Made by a program: the position numbers and the translations under genes
Assembly (NCBI RefSeq): GCF_009914755.1
Contig: NC_060946.1
Source: the human T2T-CHM13v2.0 reference genome, Homo sapiens
DNA length: 64,000 nt
Reading direction: 5' to 3' (one strand)
Notes under the pieces: generated by a model
The model's database searches: none
What the model was told of the DNA's origin: nothing
What the model saw: only the letters and a program-made list of their open reading frames with translations
Shown: one piece after another, positions 37,901 through 51,400 of the stretch
Numbering within the stretch: the first letter of the stretch is position 1
How the letters are laid out: every line of letters begins with the position of its first letter

Positions 37901-38502
37901 TTGTTCATAAGTGAAACACTCCAAAGTCATTTGCCAGGATCCCCTGCAGATGAGCATTTAGTGTACAGACTCCTAGGCAAGATCCCTGGTCACAGTATCC
38001 AGATGACTATGACTGCAAATCTGGGGAAGTAGAGGGAGAACAAAGATTTACCAGGAAAACCCTCTGGGAATTCCTCCCCAGGGAATCCTAGAGGAAAGAG
38101 CTCCCTTTCTCCTCAGCGCCACAGGATCCACAGAGGAAGGAGAGCTCTAGCCACCAGGAAGGAGCCACATGAGAGGAGAGGACCTGGTGTCCAACACAGG
38201 TGGGGAGGTGAGTCCATGGGGCTGGTCCCTGCTATGGGCTTGATCCTGACATAGGACTTTATGTAGATACCACCTGAGTCCTCTACAATGTACAGCCAAA
38301 GAGCCATGGAAAGATTCACTCCTGAGGAGTCTGAAGACTCCTCAGTAGAGCGTGAAGATAGCCCTGAAGTCACAGGGAGGAGACACAGACACCACTTGGC
38401 CTGCCTTGGACCTGAGAGAGGGGGCAGTGGACAGAATGGGGGGAGGAAGCCATGTATCTGAGAGGTTCTGGTCACCTTATCATAGAATGGTTTACCTTGA
38501 TC

Positions 38503-38520
38503 TGGACACCAGAGGGCGCA
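38503..38520 (+). promoter_or_regulatory. CTCF-like motif upstream of IGLV1-36
   Basis: TGGACACCAGAGGGCGCA; motif match only. Confidence 0.65.
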
Positions 38521-38723
38521 TGGGGATCATTCCTGAGAAGACAGGGGTGATCAGAGCAGAACCAGCCGCCTGCCCTGCCTGGTGTCCTCTGCTCAGGGCT
38601 CACAGCTGTGTCCTCCCCACCCCCTGGGACCACAAAGCTCCACCCCTGCCACCCCCTGACATCCTCAAGCCAAGGAGCCTGACCCAGGGCTCAGGGTGGG
38701 GTCACAAACCTGGGGGGGGTCTG

Positions 38724-38731
38724 ATTTGCAT
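38724..38731 (+). promoter_or_regulatory. Octamer (IGLV1-36)
   Basis: ATTTGCAT 111 bp upstream of the ATG. Confidence 0.9.
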
Positions 38732-38834
38732 GGATGGACTCTCCCCCTCTCAGAGTATGAAGAAAGGGAGAGATTTGGGGGAAGCTCAGCTTCAGCTGCG
38801 GGTAGAGAAGACAGGACTCAGGACAATCTCCAGC

Positions 38835-39302
38835 ATGGCCTGGTCCCCTCTCTTCCTCACCCTCATCACTCACTGTGCAGGTGACAGGATGGGGACCAAG
38901 AGAGAGGCTCTGGGAAGCCCATGCGACCCTGCTTTCTCCTCTTGTCTCCTTTTGTCTCTTGTCAATCACCATGTCTGTGTCTCTCTCACTTCCAGGGTCC
39001 TGGGCCCAGTCTGTGCTGACTCAGCCACCCTCGGTGTCTGAAGCCCCCAGGCAGAGGGTCACCATCTCCTGTTCTGGAAGCAGCTCCAACATCGGAAATA
39101 ATGCTGTAAACTGGTACCAGCAGCTCCCAGGAAAGGCTCCCAAACTCCTCATCTATTATGATGATCTGCTGCCCTCAGGGGTCTCTGACCGATTCTCTGG
39201 CTCCAAGTCTGGCACCTCAGCCTCCCTGGCCATCAGTGGGCTCCAGTCTGAGGATGAGGCTGATTATTACTGTGCAGCATGGGATGACAGCCTGAATGGT
39301 CC
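38835..39302 (+). CDS. IGLV1-36: Ig lambda variable gene segment IGLV1-36, functional (leader 38835-38880; L2+V 38996-39302)
   Basis: [58 protein letters not shown]...[12 protein letters not shown]. Confidence 0.97.
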
Positions 39303-39341
39303 CACAGTGCTCCAGGCCCAGGGGGAACAGAGACAAGAACC
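39303..39341 (+). other. 23-RSS of IGLV1-36
   Basis: CACAGTG + 23 nt + ACAAGAACC. Confidence 0.96.
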
Positions 39342-42167
39342 CCCTTCCTTTTCTGCCAGGAGGGTGAGCCCCGGCTGCTGCTGCTCAGGCCTGGCCTGTG
39401 GCTTCTGCTGCTGCAGCTTCCCCCATGGGTCCAGGGATATCCAGGGCCCTGCCTGAGAGTGGAGGCTCCTCCTCCCCTGAGTCCTCAGAGTCAGGAACAG
39501 GGTGTCCAGAAAACAAAAGCAGGGTGTCCTGCTCCCTGTAGCTTGGGACACAGGGTCTCTGCACTGAAGTCCTGGGCTGAGGTGGCAGGTCCAGCTGTGT
39601 CATCACAGACCCACTTCTGTTGGGGAACCTGTGTCTCCATCATCCTACTTTTTCCATTTCCAGGAGTTTCCAGAGTGGTGTCTTCCTCCCCCTTCTCCTC
39701 AGTGTGAATCCCTGTGCTTCCTTTCTCTCCAGCCTATTCTTTTTTTAATAAAACTCCTTTCATGTAGGAATAATGCACATATAATAAGCCACCCATATTT
39801 ACAATAGGGAATGAGACAAATTTTGGCATTTCTATGGATCCTTGAAAACATCACCACCACCGGGAGCTATACAACATACAACCTGTGACCAACCCCAATA
39901 GCTCCTCATGACCCTTGTCACCTCATTCCCTCCCCCAACACCCTCCTTGGAAGTTGCAGATCTGCCTCTGTCACTACTGTTTGGTTTCTCTTTTCTGGAA
40001 TGTATCAGTGTTATCAAACATTATCTTCCCATTTGTTCAGGCTTCTTTCACTCTGCACACTTCTTTTGAGATTCTCGCTGTTGTTGCTGCATTGTACCCA
40101 TCTCGTAGAGGGCTCCTTACTATCTTTGAAGGTCCTTAGGCCATTTTTTTCTGATTTTATTTATGTATTTATTTTAAAGTTTGAATTTATTGTGCATCCA
40201 AATCAAACTTTAGGGGCAATGTTCATCTAAGGTGACAGGACAGTCTGTGATGGCTTGTCGGGATTCTTGCTTCTTCATCTCTTGCTTCTGATTCTCTCTA
40301 TAGTGGAAGAGGTTCTCGTCTTTCATTTATTTATATATTTATTTATTTACTGATTTATTTGGGTTTTTAAGGGTTTTAGTGATTTTTCTCTTTTTGGTTA
40401 TTTTTCAATTTTTTTATTTTAATAGGTTTTTGGGGGACAAGTGTTGCTTTGTCACATAAATAAGTTCTTTAGTGGTGATTTCTGAGATTTTGGTGCACTC
40501 ATCACCCAAGCAGTGTACACTGTACCCAATGAGTAGTCTTTTATTCTTCACCCCCCTCCTACCCTTTCTCCTGAGTCCCCAAAGTCCATTGTATCATTGT
40601 TATGCCTTTGTGTTCTCATAGCTTATCTCCCACTGATGAGTGAGAACATACAATGTTTTGTTTTCCATTCCTGAGTTACTGCACTTAGAATAACAGCATC
40701 CAGTTCCATCCAGGTCGCTGTGAATGCCATTATTTTGTTCCTTTTATGGCTGGGTAATATTCCATGGTATGTGTATGTATACATCACATTTGCTTTATCC
40801 ACCTGTTGATTTATGGGCAGTTGGGCTGGTTCCATGCTTTTACAATTGTGCTGCTATAAACATGCGTGTGCAAGTATCTTTTTTGTATAACGACTTCTTT
40901 TTCTCTGGGTAGATACCTAGTCGTGAGATTGCTGGATCAAAGGGTACATCTATTTTTATTTCCTTGAGGAATCTCCACACTGTTTTCTGTAGTGACTGTA
41001 CTAGTTTACCTTCCCACCACCAGTGTAAAAGTGTTTTGTTTTCACCACATCCATGCCAACATCTATTATTATTTTTATTTTTTGATTATGGCCATTTTTG
41101 TGGTAGTAAGGTGGTATCACATCGTGGTTTTGACTTGCATTTCCCTGATCATTAGCGATGTCAAACATTTTTCTATATGTCTTTTGTCCATTTGTATATC
41201 TTCTTTTGAAAATTGTTTATTCATGTCTTTAGTCCATCTTTTGATGGGACTGCTTATTTTTTTTCATAATTTGTTTGAGTTCTTTGTAGACTATAGACAT
41301 TAGTCATTTGTTGGATGTATAGATTGTGAAGATTTGCTTCCACTCGGTGTGCTGTCTGTTAGCTCTGCTGATTCTTTTGCTGTGCAGAAGGTTTTTAGTT
41401 TAATTAAGTCCCATCTATTTATCTTTGTTCTTGTTGCATTTGCTTTTGGGTTCTTGGTCATGAAGTATTTGTCTAAAGTAATGTCTAGAAGGGTTTTTTT
41501 AATGTTATCTTCTAGAATTTTTACAGTTTCAGGCCTTAAATTTAAGTCTTTGATTCATCTTGGCTTGATTTTTGCATAAGGTGAGAGATGAAGATCCGGT
41601 TTTATTCCTCTACATTTGGCTTGCCAATTATCCCAGCACCATTTGTTCAATAGGATGTCCTTTTTCCACTTTATGTTTTTGTTTGCTTTGTTAAAGATCA
41701 GTTATTTGGCTCCATTTCTGGATTCTCTATTCTGTTCCTTTGGTCTACGTGCCCACTTTTGCACCAGTACCTTGCAGTTTTAGTGACTGTGAGTCAAATT
41801 ATGCTAGAGTATAGTTTGAAGTTGGGTGATGTGATGCCTCCAGATTTGTTCCTTTTGCTTAGTCTTGCTTTGGCTATGCAGGTCTTTTTTGGTTTCATAT
41901 GAATTTTAGGATTGTTTTTTCCAGTTCTGTAATGAATGATGGTGATATTTTGATGGGAACTGCATTGAATTTGTGGATTGCTTTTGGCACCATGATCATT
42001 TTCAACATATTGATTCTACCCATTCATGAGCGGGGGATGTGTGACATGATTTTTTCAGCAGTGTTTTGTAGTTTTCCTTGTAGAGGTCTTTCACCTCCTT
42101 GGTTGGGTATATTCCTAGGTGTATTTTTTTGCAGCTATTTGTAAAAAGGTTTGAGTTGTTGATTTGA

Positions 42168-42567
<400 letters not shown>

Positions 42568-43259
42568 ATTTATTTACCAGTTCTAGGAGATTTTTGGATG
42601 AGTCTTTAAGGTTTTCTAGGTATATGATCACATTATCTGCCAACAGCAACAGTTTCACTTCCTCTTTACCAATTTGGATGTCCTGGATTTGTTTCTCTTG
42701 TCTGATTGCTCTGGCTTAGACTTCCAGTACTATGTTGAATAGAAGTGGTGAAAGTGGGCATTCTTGTCTTGTTCCAGTTCTCAGGGGAATTGTTTCCAAC
42801 TTTTTTTTCCTTTCAGTATAATGTTGACTATGGGTTTGAAAGAGTGGGCTTTTCTTACCATAAGGTATGTCTCTTCTATGTCAATTTTGCAAAGGCTTTT
42901 AACCATGAAGTGATGCTGGATTTTGCCAAGTGCTTTTTCTGCATGCATTGAGATAATCATGTGATTTTTGTTTTTAATGCTTTTTATGTGGTATATCACA
43001 TTTATTGACTTGCATATGTTAAACCATCCCTGCATCCCTGGTATGAAACCCACTTGAACATGGTGGACTATGTTTTTGATAGCTGTTGGATTTGGTTAGC
43101 TAGTATTTCGTTTATTATTTTTGCATCTATGTTCATCAGGGATATTGTTCTGTAGTTTTCTTGTTTTGTTATGTCCTTCCCTCATTTTGGTATGAGGGTG
43201 ACACTGGCTACAAAGAATAATTTAGGAAGAATTTCCTCTTTCTCCTTCCTGTGAATTAG

Positions 43260-45450
43260 TGCATTAGTCAGGGTTTTCTAGATGGACAGAACTAATGGAA
43301 TCTGTATATATATAGCATGATCACAACATCCCACAATAGGCTGTCTGCAGGCTAAGGAGCAAGGAGAGCCAGTCCGAGTTCCAAAACTGAAGAACTTGGA
43401 GTTCCATGTTTGAGGGCAGGAAGCATCAAGCATAGGAGAAAGTTGTAGGCTGGGAGCCTAGGCCCATCTCTCTTTTCATATTTTTCTGCCTGCTTATTTT
43501 CTAGCCATGCTGTTAGCTGATTAGATTGTTCCCACCCAGATTAAGGGTGGGCATGGCTTTCCCACCCACTGACTCAAATGCTAATCTCCTTTGGCAGCAC
43601 CCTAACAGACACACCCAGGATCAATCCTTTTTATCCTTCAATCCAATCAAGTTGACACTCAGTATTACTCATCACAAGTCCACCCCTTGTCAACTTCAAC
43701 CCATATATATCTTCTGAGATCATACATAATCTTCAAATAAAGACAATAATAAGGTCATAATGACACCTAACATAATACAACTATCATTCATACAAACAGA
43801 AACACATCAATCCCCAACCCAAATACTGTTACATAAAGTTAACGATACTTAAACGCTGATGTGAAGTCAATAAATCTTATGTCACATGATAAAGGAGAAA
43901 GGAAATAACATGAAGATATTTTCTTAGGACAAAGGTATACACGCACAAACATGTTTTTAACAAAAGAAGGAGGAAATACTCATGACAATTACACTCCTCG
44001 TTTCTGCAGCTGGCCATAGCTGGTATTGATGATTACTTTCTTCTACTATCCATTCTGTATTCTGTATTCCCTTTGCCTTCAGCAAGCACCTCAGCAGGTC
44101 GTGGATATTTTTCCAGATGGTGTGATCCAAATCTTCATTCCTGAAGCATCTGGTTCATTTGTAGTCCTGCCTGGATAGGGCTGTTTTAGTTTTCCATGGA
44201 CCTTAATCACAGGGCATGATAATACTAAGAAATGCCCTAATGGATCTCCTGTATTCCATGCATACTCTTCCTTACCTCCGTTATGGAGTAGTAAACTGAT
44301 TTCATCTTGATAGTCTGTCCCAAACACCCCAGCCAACACTGTAACTCCCTTCTTAGCCTGTTGACTTAAAGGTAGGAGGAGCCCAAAGTGTCCAGGTGGC
44401 AATCTTAACTTCCCCAGTTTAATGGAATCATTGATGTGTCTCCAAGTGGCAGTGTTCCTTCCTCTGGAACTAAATCCTCTAAGCCAGCAGAACATAATGT
44501 CGTGGGAACAGGAAGCAAAAATTTTGCTAGTGGATCACTAGGGGTGATGGTGAGTGCTGCCACTTCCACTTCCACCCCTTGATTCCTAGACTCATGAATC
44601 CTGGCTATGGGAGAAACAGTGCCATATATTGGATGCTGACTCAGAGCATACACGCCTTCTGGGGAACTTAGCCCCAGCACTGCAAAGTATTGTCACCTAG
44701 TTGACATTGTAATTGTGACTTCAAAAGGCCATTCCATTGTTCTATCAATCCAGCTGCTTCAGGATGATGGGAAACATGGTAAGACCAGTGAATTTTATGA
44801 GCATGAGCCCACTGCTGCACTTCTTTATGAATAAAGTGAGTGCCCTGGCGAGAACAATGCTATGTGGAATACCAGGATGGTGAATAAGGCATTCCATGAG
44901 TCCACGGAGGATGGTAGTCTTACAGGCAAACCCATATCTGGAATAAGTGTCTATATCAGTGAGGACAAACCTATGCCCTTCTCATAATGGAAGATTTCCA
45001 ATATAATCAACCTTCTACCAGATAGCTGGCTGATCACCCCAAGGAATGGTGCCATATCAAGGGCTCAGTGTTGGTCTTTGCTGCTGGCAAATTGGGCACT
45101 CAGCATTAGCCATAGCTAGGTCACCCTTGGTGAGTGGAGAGCCAGTTCGAGTTCCAAAACTGAAGAACTTGGAGTATGATGTTCAAGGGCAGGAAGCATC
45201 CAGCACAGGATAAAGATATAGGTTGGGAGGGTAGGCCAGTCTCTCTTTTCACATTTTTCTGTCTGCTTATACTTTAGCCATGCTGGCAGCTGATTCGATT
45301 GTGCCCACACAGATTAAGGGTGGGTCTGCCTTTCCCAGCCCACTTACTCAAATGTTAATCTCTTTCAGCAACACCCTGAAAGACACACCCAGGATCAATA
45401 CTTTGTATCCTTTAATCCAATCAAGTTGACACTCGGTATTAACCATCACA
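43260..45450 (-). mobile_element. Deleted HERV-L provirus with MLT2A LTRs (3' LTR 43260-43676; integrase/dUTPase remnant; partial 5' LTR 45136-45450)
   Basis: MLT2A termini (TGCATTAGTCAGGG / ATCACA); dUTPase-like KLRLPPGHFGLLLPLSQQAKKGVTVLAG; TSD-like ATTAG/ATTAA. Confidence 0.88.
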
Positions 45451-48195
45451 ATTAATGTCATAGGATTAGTACTAATTCTTCTTTGAATGTCTGATAGAAT
45501 TCAACTGTGAATCTGTCTGGTCCTGGCTTTATTTTGTTGATTTTTTTTAAATTACCATTTCAATCTTGCTGCTTGTTACTGGCCTGTTCAGAGTTTCTAT
45601 ATCTTCTTCATTTAATTTGGGAGGGTTGTATACATTCAGAAATTGATCCATCTCCTCTGGGTTTTCTAGTTTATGTGCATAGAGGTAATCAGAGTAGCCT
45701 TGAATAATCTTTTATATTTCTGTGGTATCAGTATTAATATCTTCTGTTTCATTTCTATTTGAGCTTATGTGGATCTTCTCCCTTTTCTTGGTTAATCTTG
45801 CTAATGGTCTATTAATTTTATTTATCTTTTCAAAGAACCAGTTTTTTGTTTCATTTGTTTTTTGCATTGCTTTTTGTTTCAATTTTATTTAGTTCTGGTC
45901 TAATCTTCGTTATTTCTTTTCTTCTGCTGGGTTTGGGTTTGCCTTGTTCTTGAGTCTCCATTTCCATGAGGTGTAACCTTAGATTGTCTATTTGTGCTCT
46001 TTCAGACTTTGTGATGTACGTATTTAATGCTAAACATTCCTCATAGCACTGCTTTTGCTGTATCCCAGAAGTTTTGATAGGTTGTATTAAGATTTACTAC
46101 AACTGCAACCTTACTATTGACCAATAGCTTTTTAATTCCTGAGAGTGTGACCTCATTTATGCCCAAAAACAACTTTATGATTGCTTTTCATGCAGTAGGC
46201 CATGATTAGAGAGGGAGTGCTTGTGGCCTGGAGGTAGGGTTCTCCAATTTATCAAATAAAAACATTGGAGTGCAGTTAAATTTGAATTCGGTAAAACAAT
46301 GACAAAGAATTAGTATGTGTATCTCCCACATGATATTGTTAAATTGAAATACAAATTTACCTGGGTGCGCTGTAGTTTATCTACCAACTCCTCACAGGCT
46401 TCGAGGCTTGGAAGAGGCAGTGTTGGGGCTGGTCTCCTCTTACTGATGCCAGGTCTATGAGCTGAACCTCAAAGGCAGAGTCTCTCTAACACAGCTACCC
46501 TCCAGTGAGCATGTTAGTTAGCACTAAATACACCATATACGATTTCCAATGAATAACACCTACTCACTTCCCTAATTCTTCTTTCTATTATTCTCCAAGT
46601 CTGCAGACTCAGGACCTCCCCAGGGGTTGCTGCAGCCAGAGCTCTGGATGAGGGACCTCATAAGTCTTTCAAAACCAGATGCAAGGGGACTACTCGGTCC
46701 CCACACAGTGAGGTTTAAGCCAGGGGTGCATAAGCAACATGTAAGAGACAGAAGAGCTCAGTATGGCTCTTATGGCTCTCCTTCTGTCCAGTGAGAAAAC
46801 TCCAGGGTCCTTTTGATGCTGAAGGTGGGTGGGCTGAGAGTAGGAGGAGACCCACCCTGACAGCCCAGAGATTCCAGGACAAGACTTGGCAGCCTGAAAA
46901 GGGGCCACACTCTTGAGTGGGGAAGAAGGAGGCAACTCTGCTCACAGGCGTGCATTTCTGGTGGCTTCCCCTTTACCAAACTGGACTCCCTACTCTGATG
47001 TCTATCAGAGAATCTCCCTCAGTGAGACCAAGATCCCAGGACATTGCTAAAAACAGCAGCATGGACCAGACAGGTATGTCATGGTACAGGAATTCTTTGC
47101 AGAGCAATAAATACAACTGCAGCTTAAGAGGGGCCCTCATAGTCATAACTTTGGTGAAGAAGAAAATAGACAAAGGCAGGGAGAAACTGAAGGGCTCAAT
47201 AGGTCTGAGACTGGGGCAGCACTGGGTGCTATAGGCTTGTCCTTGAGGGGCTGCAGATAATGACAGCTGGGAAGCCATCATCTGTTCACTGCTCACTGGG
47301 CTCAGCAGCTGTGTCCTCACAGGGAACCAGATTCAGCCAACCTGGCTTTCTCCACCCCACCTGGGAAATGTATTCCGGTGACTGTCTGGACTGAGGTTCT
47401 ATGAAGGGGCTAGGAGACAAGAAGAGGGAGACAGGCTGGTTTGCATAAAGAAAGCATTGCACACCCTTTCCTTTCATCTAAAACTCATTAATGGAAACTC
47501 TGGGGCCATCCATAGAAGTCTAGCTGGTCTCCTAAATTTGGGAGTTATGAAGGATTCATTCCTGATCAATCTACAGGAAGGGCCATCAGCAGGAGGTGGT
47601 CAGAGTGAGGGAGAAACTGGCTTCCTTGAGAGACTCTTCAACACAACCACCAACTCTGGGGCAAATGGGGTGACTTGCTATAACAGTCATCCCAAACTAC
47701 TCACAGGAACCTGAGCCTAGTCCCCTCACCTTATTGCTTCTGATTCTGGTCCATGCCTCTGTTTTCCCTGGACCCCTTGCCCATGTCTGAGTCCAGAGTG
47801 GCAGGGATGGTTCCATCCCAGTCAACATCTACAAAGAAGTCTACATCTACAGCTACTATGACTTGAAGCAGAGTCCACAGTTGTACCCAAGAGGGCCTCT
47901 TCAGCTCCCCCACCCCTTCACACAGGTGACCTCTACTGTAGGTCTGGTTGAGTGGCCCCTGGACCCTGGTGAACACAAGGTATTTATTCCTCTCTAACAC
48001 CAGGTATATAGTGGAGCAGGTCTGGGTGGGTATAGAGCAGAGTGTCTCTTCCAAATGTAATGCAGTAAGACCCTGGCTACAGAAAATCATTTCACAAAAC
48101 TCCACGCCCTTTCATGGTAAAAACACCCAATGAACTATGAATAGAATGAAACTACCTCAACACAGTAAAGACCATCTATGAAAATCCCACAGCTA

Positions 48196-49498
48196 GTGTT
48201 GGCCGGGCTGGTCTCCAGCTCCTAACCTCGAGTGATCCGCCAGCCTCGGCCTCCCGAGGTGCCGGGATTGCAGACGGAGTCTCGTTCACTCAGTGCTCAA
48301 TGTTGCCCAGGCTGGAGTGCAGTGGCGTGATCTCGTCTAGCTACAACCTCCACCTCCCAGCCGCCTGCCTTGGCCTCCCAAAGTGCCGAGAGTACAGCCT
48401 CTGCCCGGCCGCCACCCCGTCTGGGAAGTGAGGAGCGTCTCTGCCTGGCCGCCCATCGTCTGGGATGTGAGGAGCCCCTCTGCCCGGCTGCCCAGTCTGG
48501 GAAGTTAGGAGCGCCTCTTCCCGGCCGCCATCCCATCTAAGAAGTGAGGAGTGTCTCTGCCCGGCAGCCCATCGTCTGAGATGTGCAGAGCGCCTCTGCC
48601 CCACCGCCCCGTCTGAGATGTGAGGAGCGCCTCTGCCCGGCCGCGACCCCGTCTGGGAGGTGAGGAGCGTCTCTGCCCGGCCACCCCGTCTGAGAAGTGA
48701 GGAGCCCCTCCGCCCGGCAGCCACCCCTTCTGGGAAGTGAGGAGCATCTCCGCCCAGCAGCCGCCCCGTCCGGGAGGGAGGTGGGGGGCCAGCCCCCGCC
48801 CAGCCAGCCGCCCCGTCCGGGAGGGAGGTGGGGGGTCAGCCCCCTGCCCGGCCAGCCACCCCGTCCGGGAGGGAGGTGGGGGGGCGCCTCTGCCTGGCCG
48901 CCCCTTCTGGGAAGTGAGGAGCCCCTCTGCCTGGCCACCACCCCGTCTGGGAGGTGTACCCAACAGCTCATTGAGAACGGGCCATGATGACAATGGCGGT
49001 TTTGTGGAATAGAAAAGGGGGAAAGGTGGAGAAAAGATAGAGAAATCAGATTGTTGCTGTGTCTGTGTAGAAAGTAGACATGGGAGACTTCATTTTGTTG
49101 TGTACTAAGAAAAATTCTTCTGCCTTGGGATGCTGTTGATCTATGACCTTACCCCCAACCCTGTGCTCTCTGAAACATGTGCTGTGTCCACTCAGGGTTA
49201 AATGGATTAAGGGCAGTGCAAGATGTGCTTTGTTAAACAGATGCTTGAAGGCAGCATGCTCGTTAAGAGTCATCACCACTCCCTAATCTCAAGTACCCAG
49301 GGACACAAACACTGCGGAAGGCCACAGGGTCCTCGGCCTAGGAAAGCCAGAGACCTTTGTTCACTTGTTTATCTGCTGACCTTCCCTCCACTATTGTCCT
49401 ATGACCCTGCCAAATCCCCCTCTGCGAGAAACACCCAAGAATGATCAATAAAAAATAAATAAATAAATAAATAAATAAATAACAAAAAAAAAAAAAAA
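48196..49498 (+). mobile_element. 5'-truncated SVA retrotransposon
   Basis: Antisense Alu-like domain, GC-rich VNTR (~48400-48955), SINE-R, AATAAA/polyA; perfect 16-bp TSD GAAAATCCCACAGCTA (48180-48195, 49499-49514); no (CCCTCT)n head. Confidence 0.96.
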
Positions 49499-49814
49499 GA
49501 AAATCCCACAGCTAACATCATATGCAATCTGAAAGACCAAAGAGGTTTTTGTAATATCAGGAACAAAGCAATAATGCACACTTTCACCAGTTCTATTAAA
49601 AGCAGTATTGGAAGACCTGGCAAGAGTAATTAGGCAAGAAAAAGAAATAAACAGAATAAAAATTAGAAATAAAAAATAAAATCTCTGTTTTCAGATGACA
49701 TAATGTCATATGTAAAATGCCCTTAAAAGTCCCACAAAAAATTATTAGAATGATTAAATGTATTCAGTAATGTTTTATAATACATAATCACCTTGTAAAA
49801 ACATCTCATGGCTA

Positions 49815-50102
<288 letters not shown>

Positions 50103-50149
50103 TTAAGAAAAGAAATCAAATTACAACATCATTCGAAAGAGTAAAATAC

Positions 50150-50273
50150 GGCTGGGCACGGTGGCTCATGCCTGTAATCCCAGCATTTTGGGAGGTTGAT
50201 TTGGGGGTATCACCTGAGATTAGAAGTTCAAGAGTAGCCTGGTCAATATGGTGAAACCCTGTCTCTACTAAAA

Positions 50274-50320
<47 letters not shown>

Positions 50321-50495
50321 AATTTAAAATTAGCTAGGTGTGGTGGCACATGTCTGTAATCCCACCTGCTCGGGGTTGAGGCACAAGAATCACTCGAGTA
50401 TGGTAGGCAGAGGTTGCAATGAGCCAAGATCCTGCCACTGTACTCCAGCCTGGGTAACAGAGTGAGACAATGTCTCAAATAAACAAATAAATAAA
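50150..50495 (+). mobile_element. AluS with an expanded (TAAA)n middle linker
   Basis: Dimeric Alu; about 12 TAAA units at 50270-50322. Confidence 0.9.
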
Positions 50496-50705
50496 GATAA
50501 ACGAGTAAAATACTTAAGAATAATATTAATCAAAATGGTGAAAGACTTGTACATTGAAAACTATAAAACATTGCAAAAAGAAATTAATACACAAATAAAT
50601 GGAAAGAAATCCTTTGTTCATTTATTGGAAAACTCAATATTGTTAAGCTAGGCATACAAACCAAAAGGAATCTACAGATTCATTGCATTCTCTATCAAAA
50701 TTCCA

Positions 50706-51400
50706 AGTTAGTATGGAGATCATTAAAAAGTCAGGAAACAAAAGATGCTAGAGAAGATGTGGAGAAATAGGAATGCTTTTACACTGTTGGTGGGAGTGTA
50801 AATTAGTTCAACCATTGTGGAAGACGGTGTGATGATTCCTCAAGGATCTAGAACCAGATATACCATTTGACCCAGCAATCCCATTACTGGGTATATACCC
50901 AAAGGATTATAAATCATTCTACTATAAAGACACATGCACATGTATGTTTGTTGCAGCACTAGTCACAATAGAAAAGACTTGGAACCAACCCAAATGCCCA
51001 TCAAGGATAGACTGGATAAAGAAAATGGGGCACATGTACACCACGGAATACTATGCAGCCATAAAAAGGGATGGGTTCATGTCCTTTGCAGGGACATGGC
51101 TGAAGCTGGAAACCATCATTCTCAGCAAACTAACACAGGAACAGAAAACCAAACACTGCATGTTCTCACTTATAAGTGGGAGTTGAACAATGAGAACACA
51201 TGGACACAGGGAGGGTAACATCACACACCGGGGCCTCTTGGGGATGGGAGCTAGGGGAGGGATAGCGTTAGGAGAAATACCTAATGTAGATGATGGGTTG
51301 ACAGGTACAGCAAATCACCATGGCACGTGTATACCTAGGTAACAAACCTGCACGGTCTGCACATATATCCCAGAACTTAAAGTATATATTTTTTAAAAAG
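50706..51400 (+). mobile_element. 5'-truncated L1PA (mid-age) 3' end
   Basis: ORF2 C-terminus (MFVAALVTIEKTWNQPKCPS...KHCMFSLISGS) plus 3' UTR; absent from the paralog at ~25500. Confidence 0.88.

Noticed and set aside
38352-39041. 229-aa ORF (similarly 10669-11247)
   Set aside because: Chance read-through across the promoter, leader exon and intron of an IGLV1 gene; the frame is not conserved among paralogs
46917-47234. ORF with a V-like phrase (NSSMDQTGMSWYRN)
   Set aside because: No Cys, leader, splice sites or RSS in the right arrangement; similarity too short
48297-49012. Several overlapping 80-160 aa ORFs
   Set aside because: Artifacts of the GC-rich SVA VNTR and Alu-like domain
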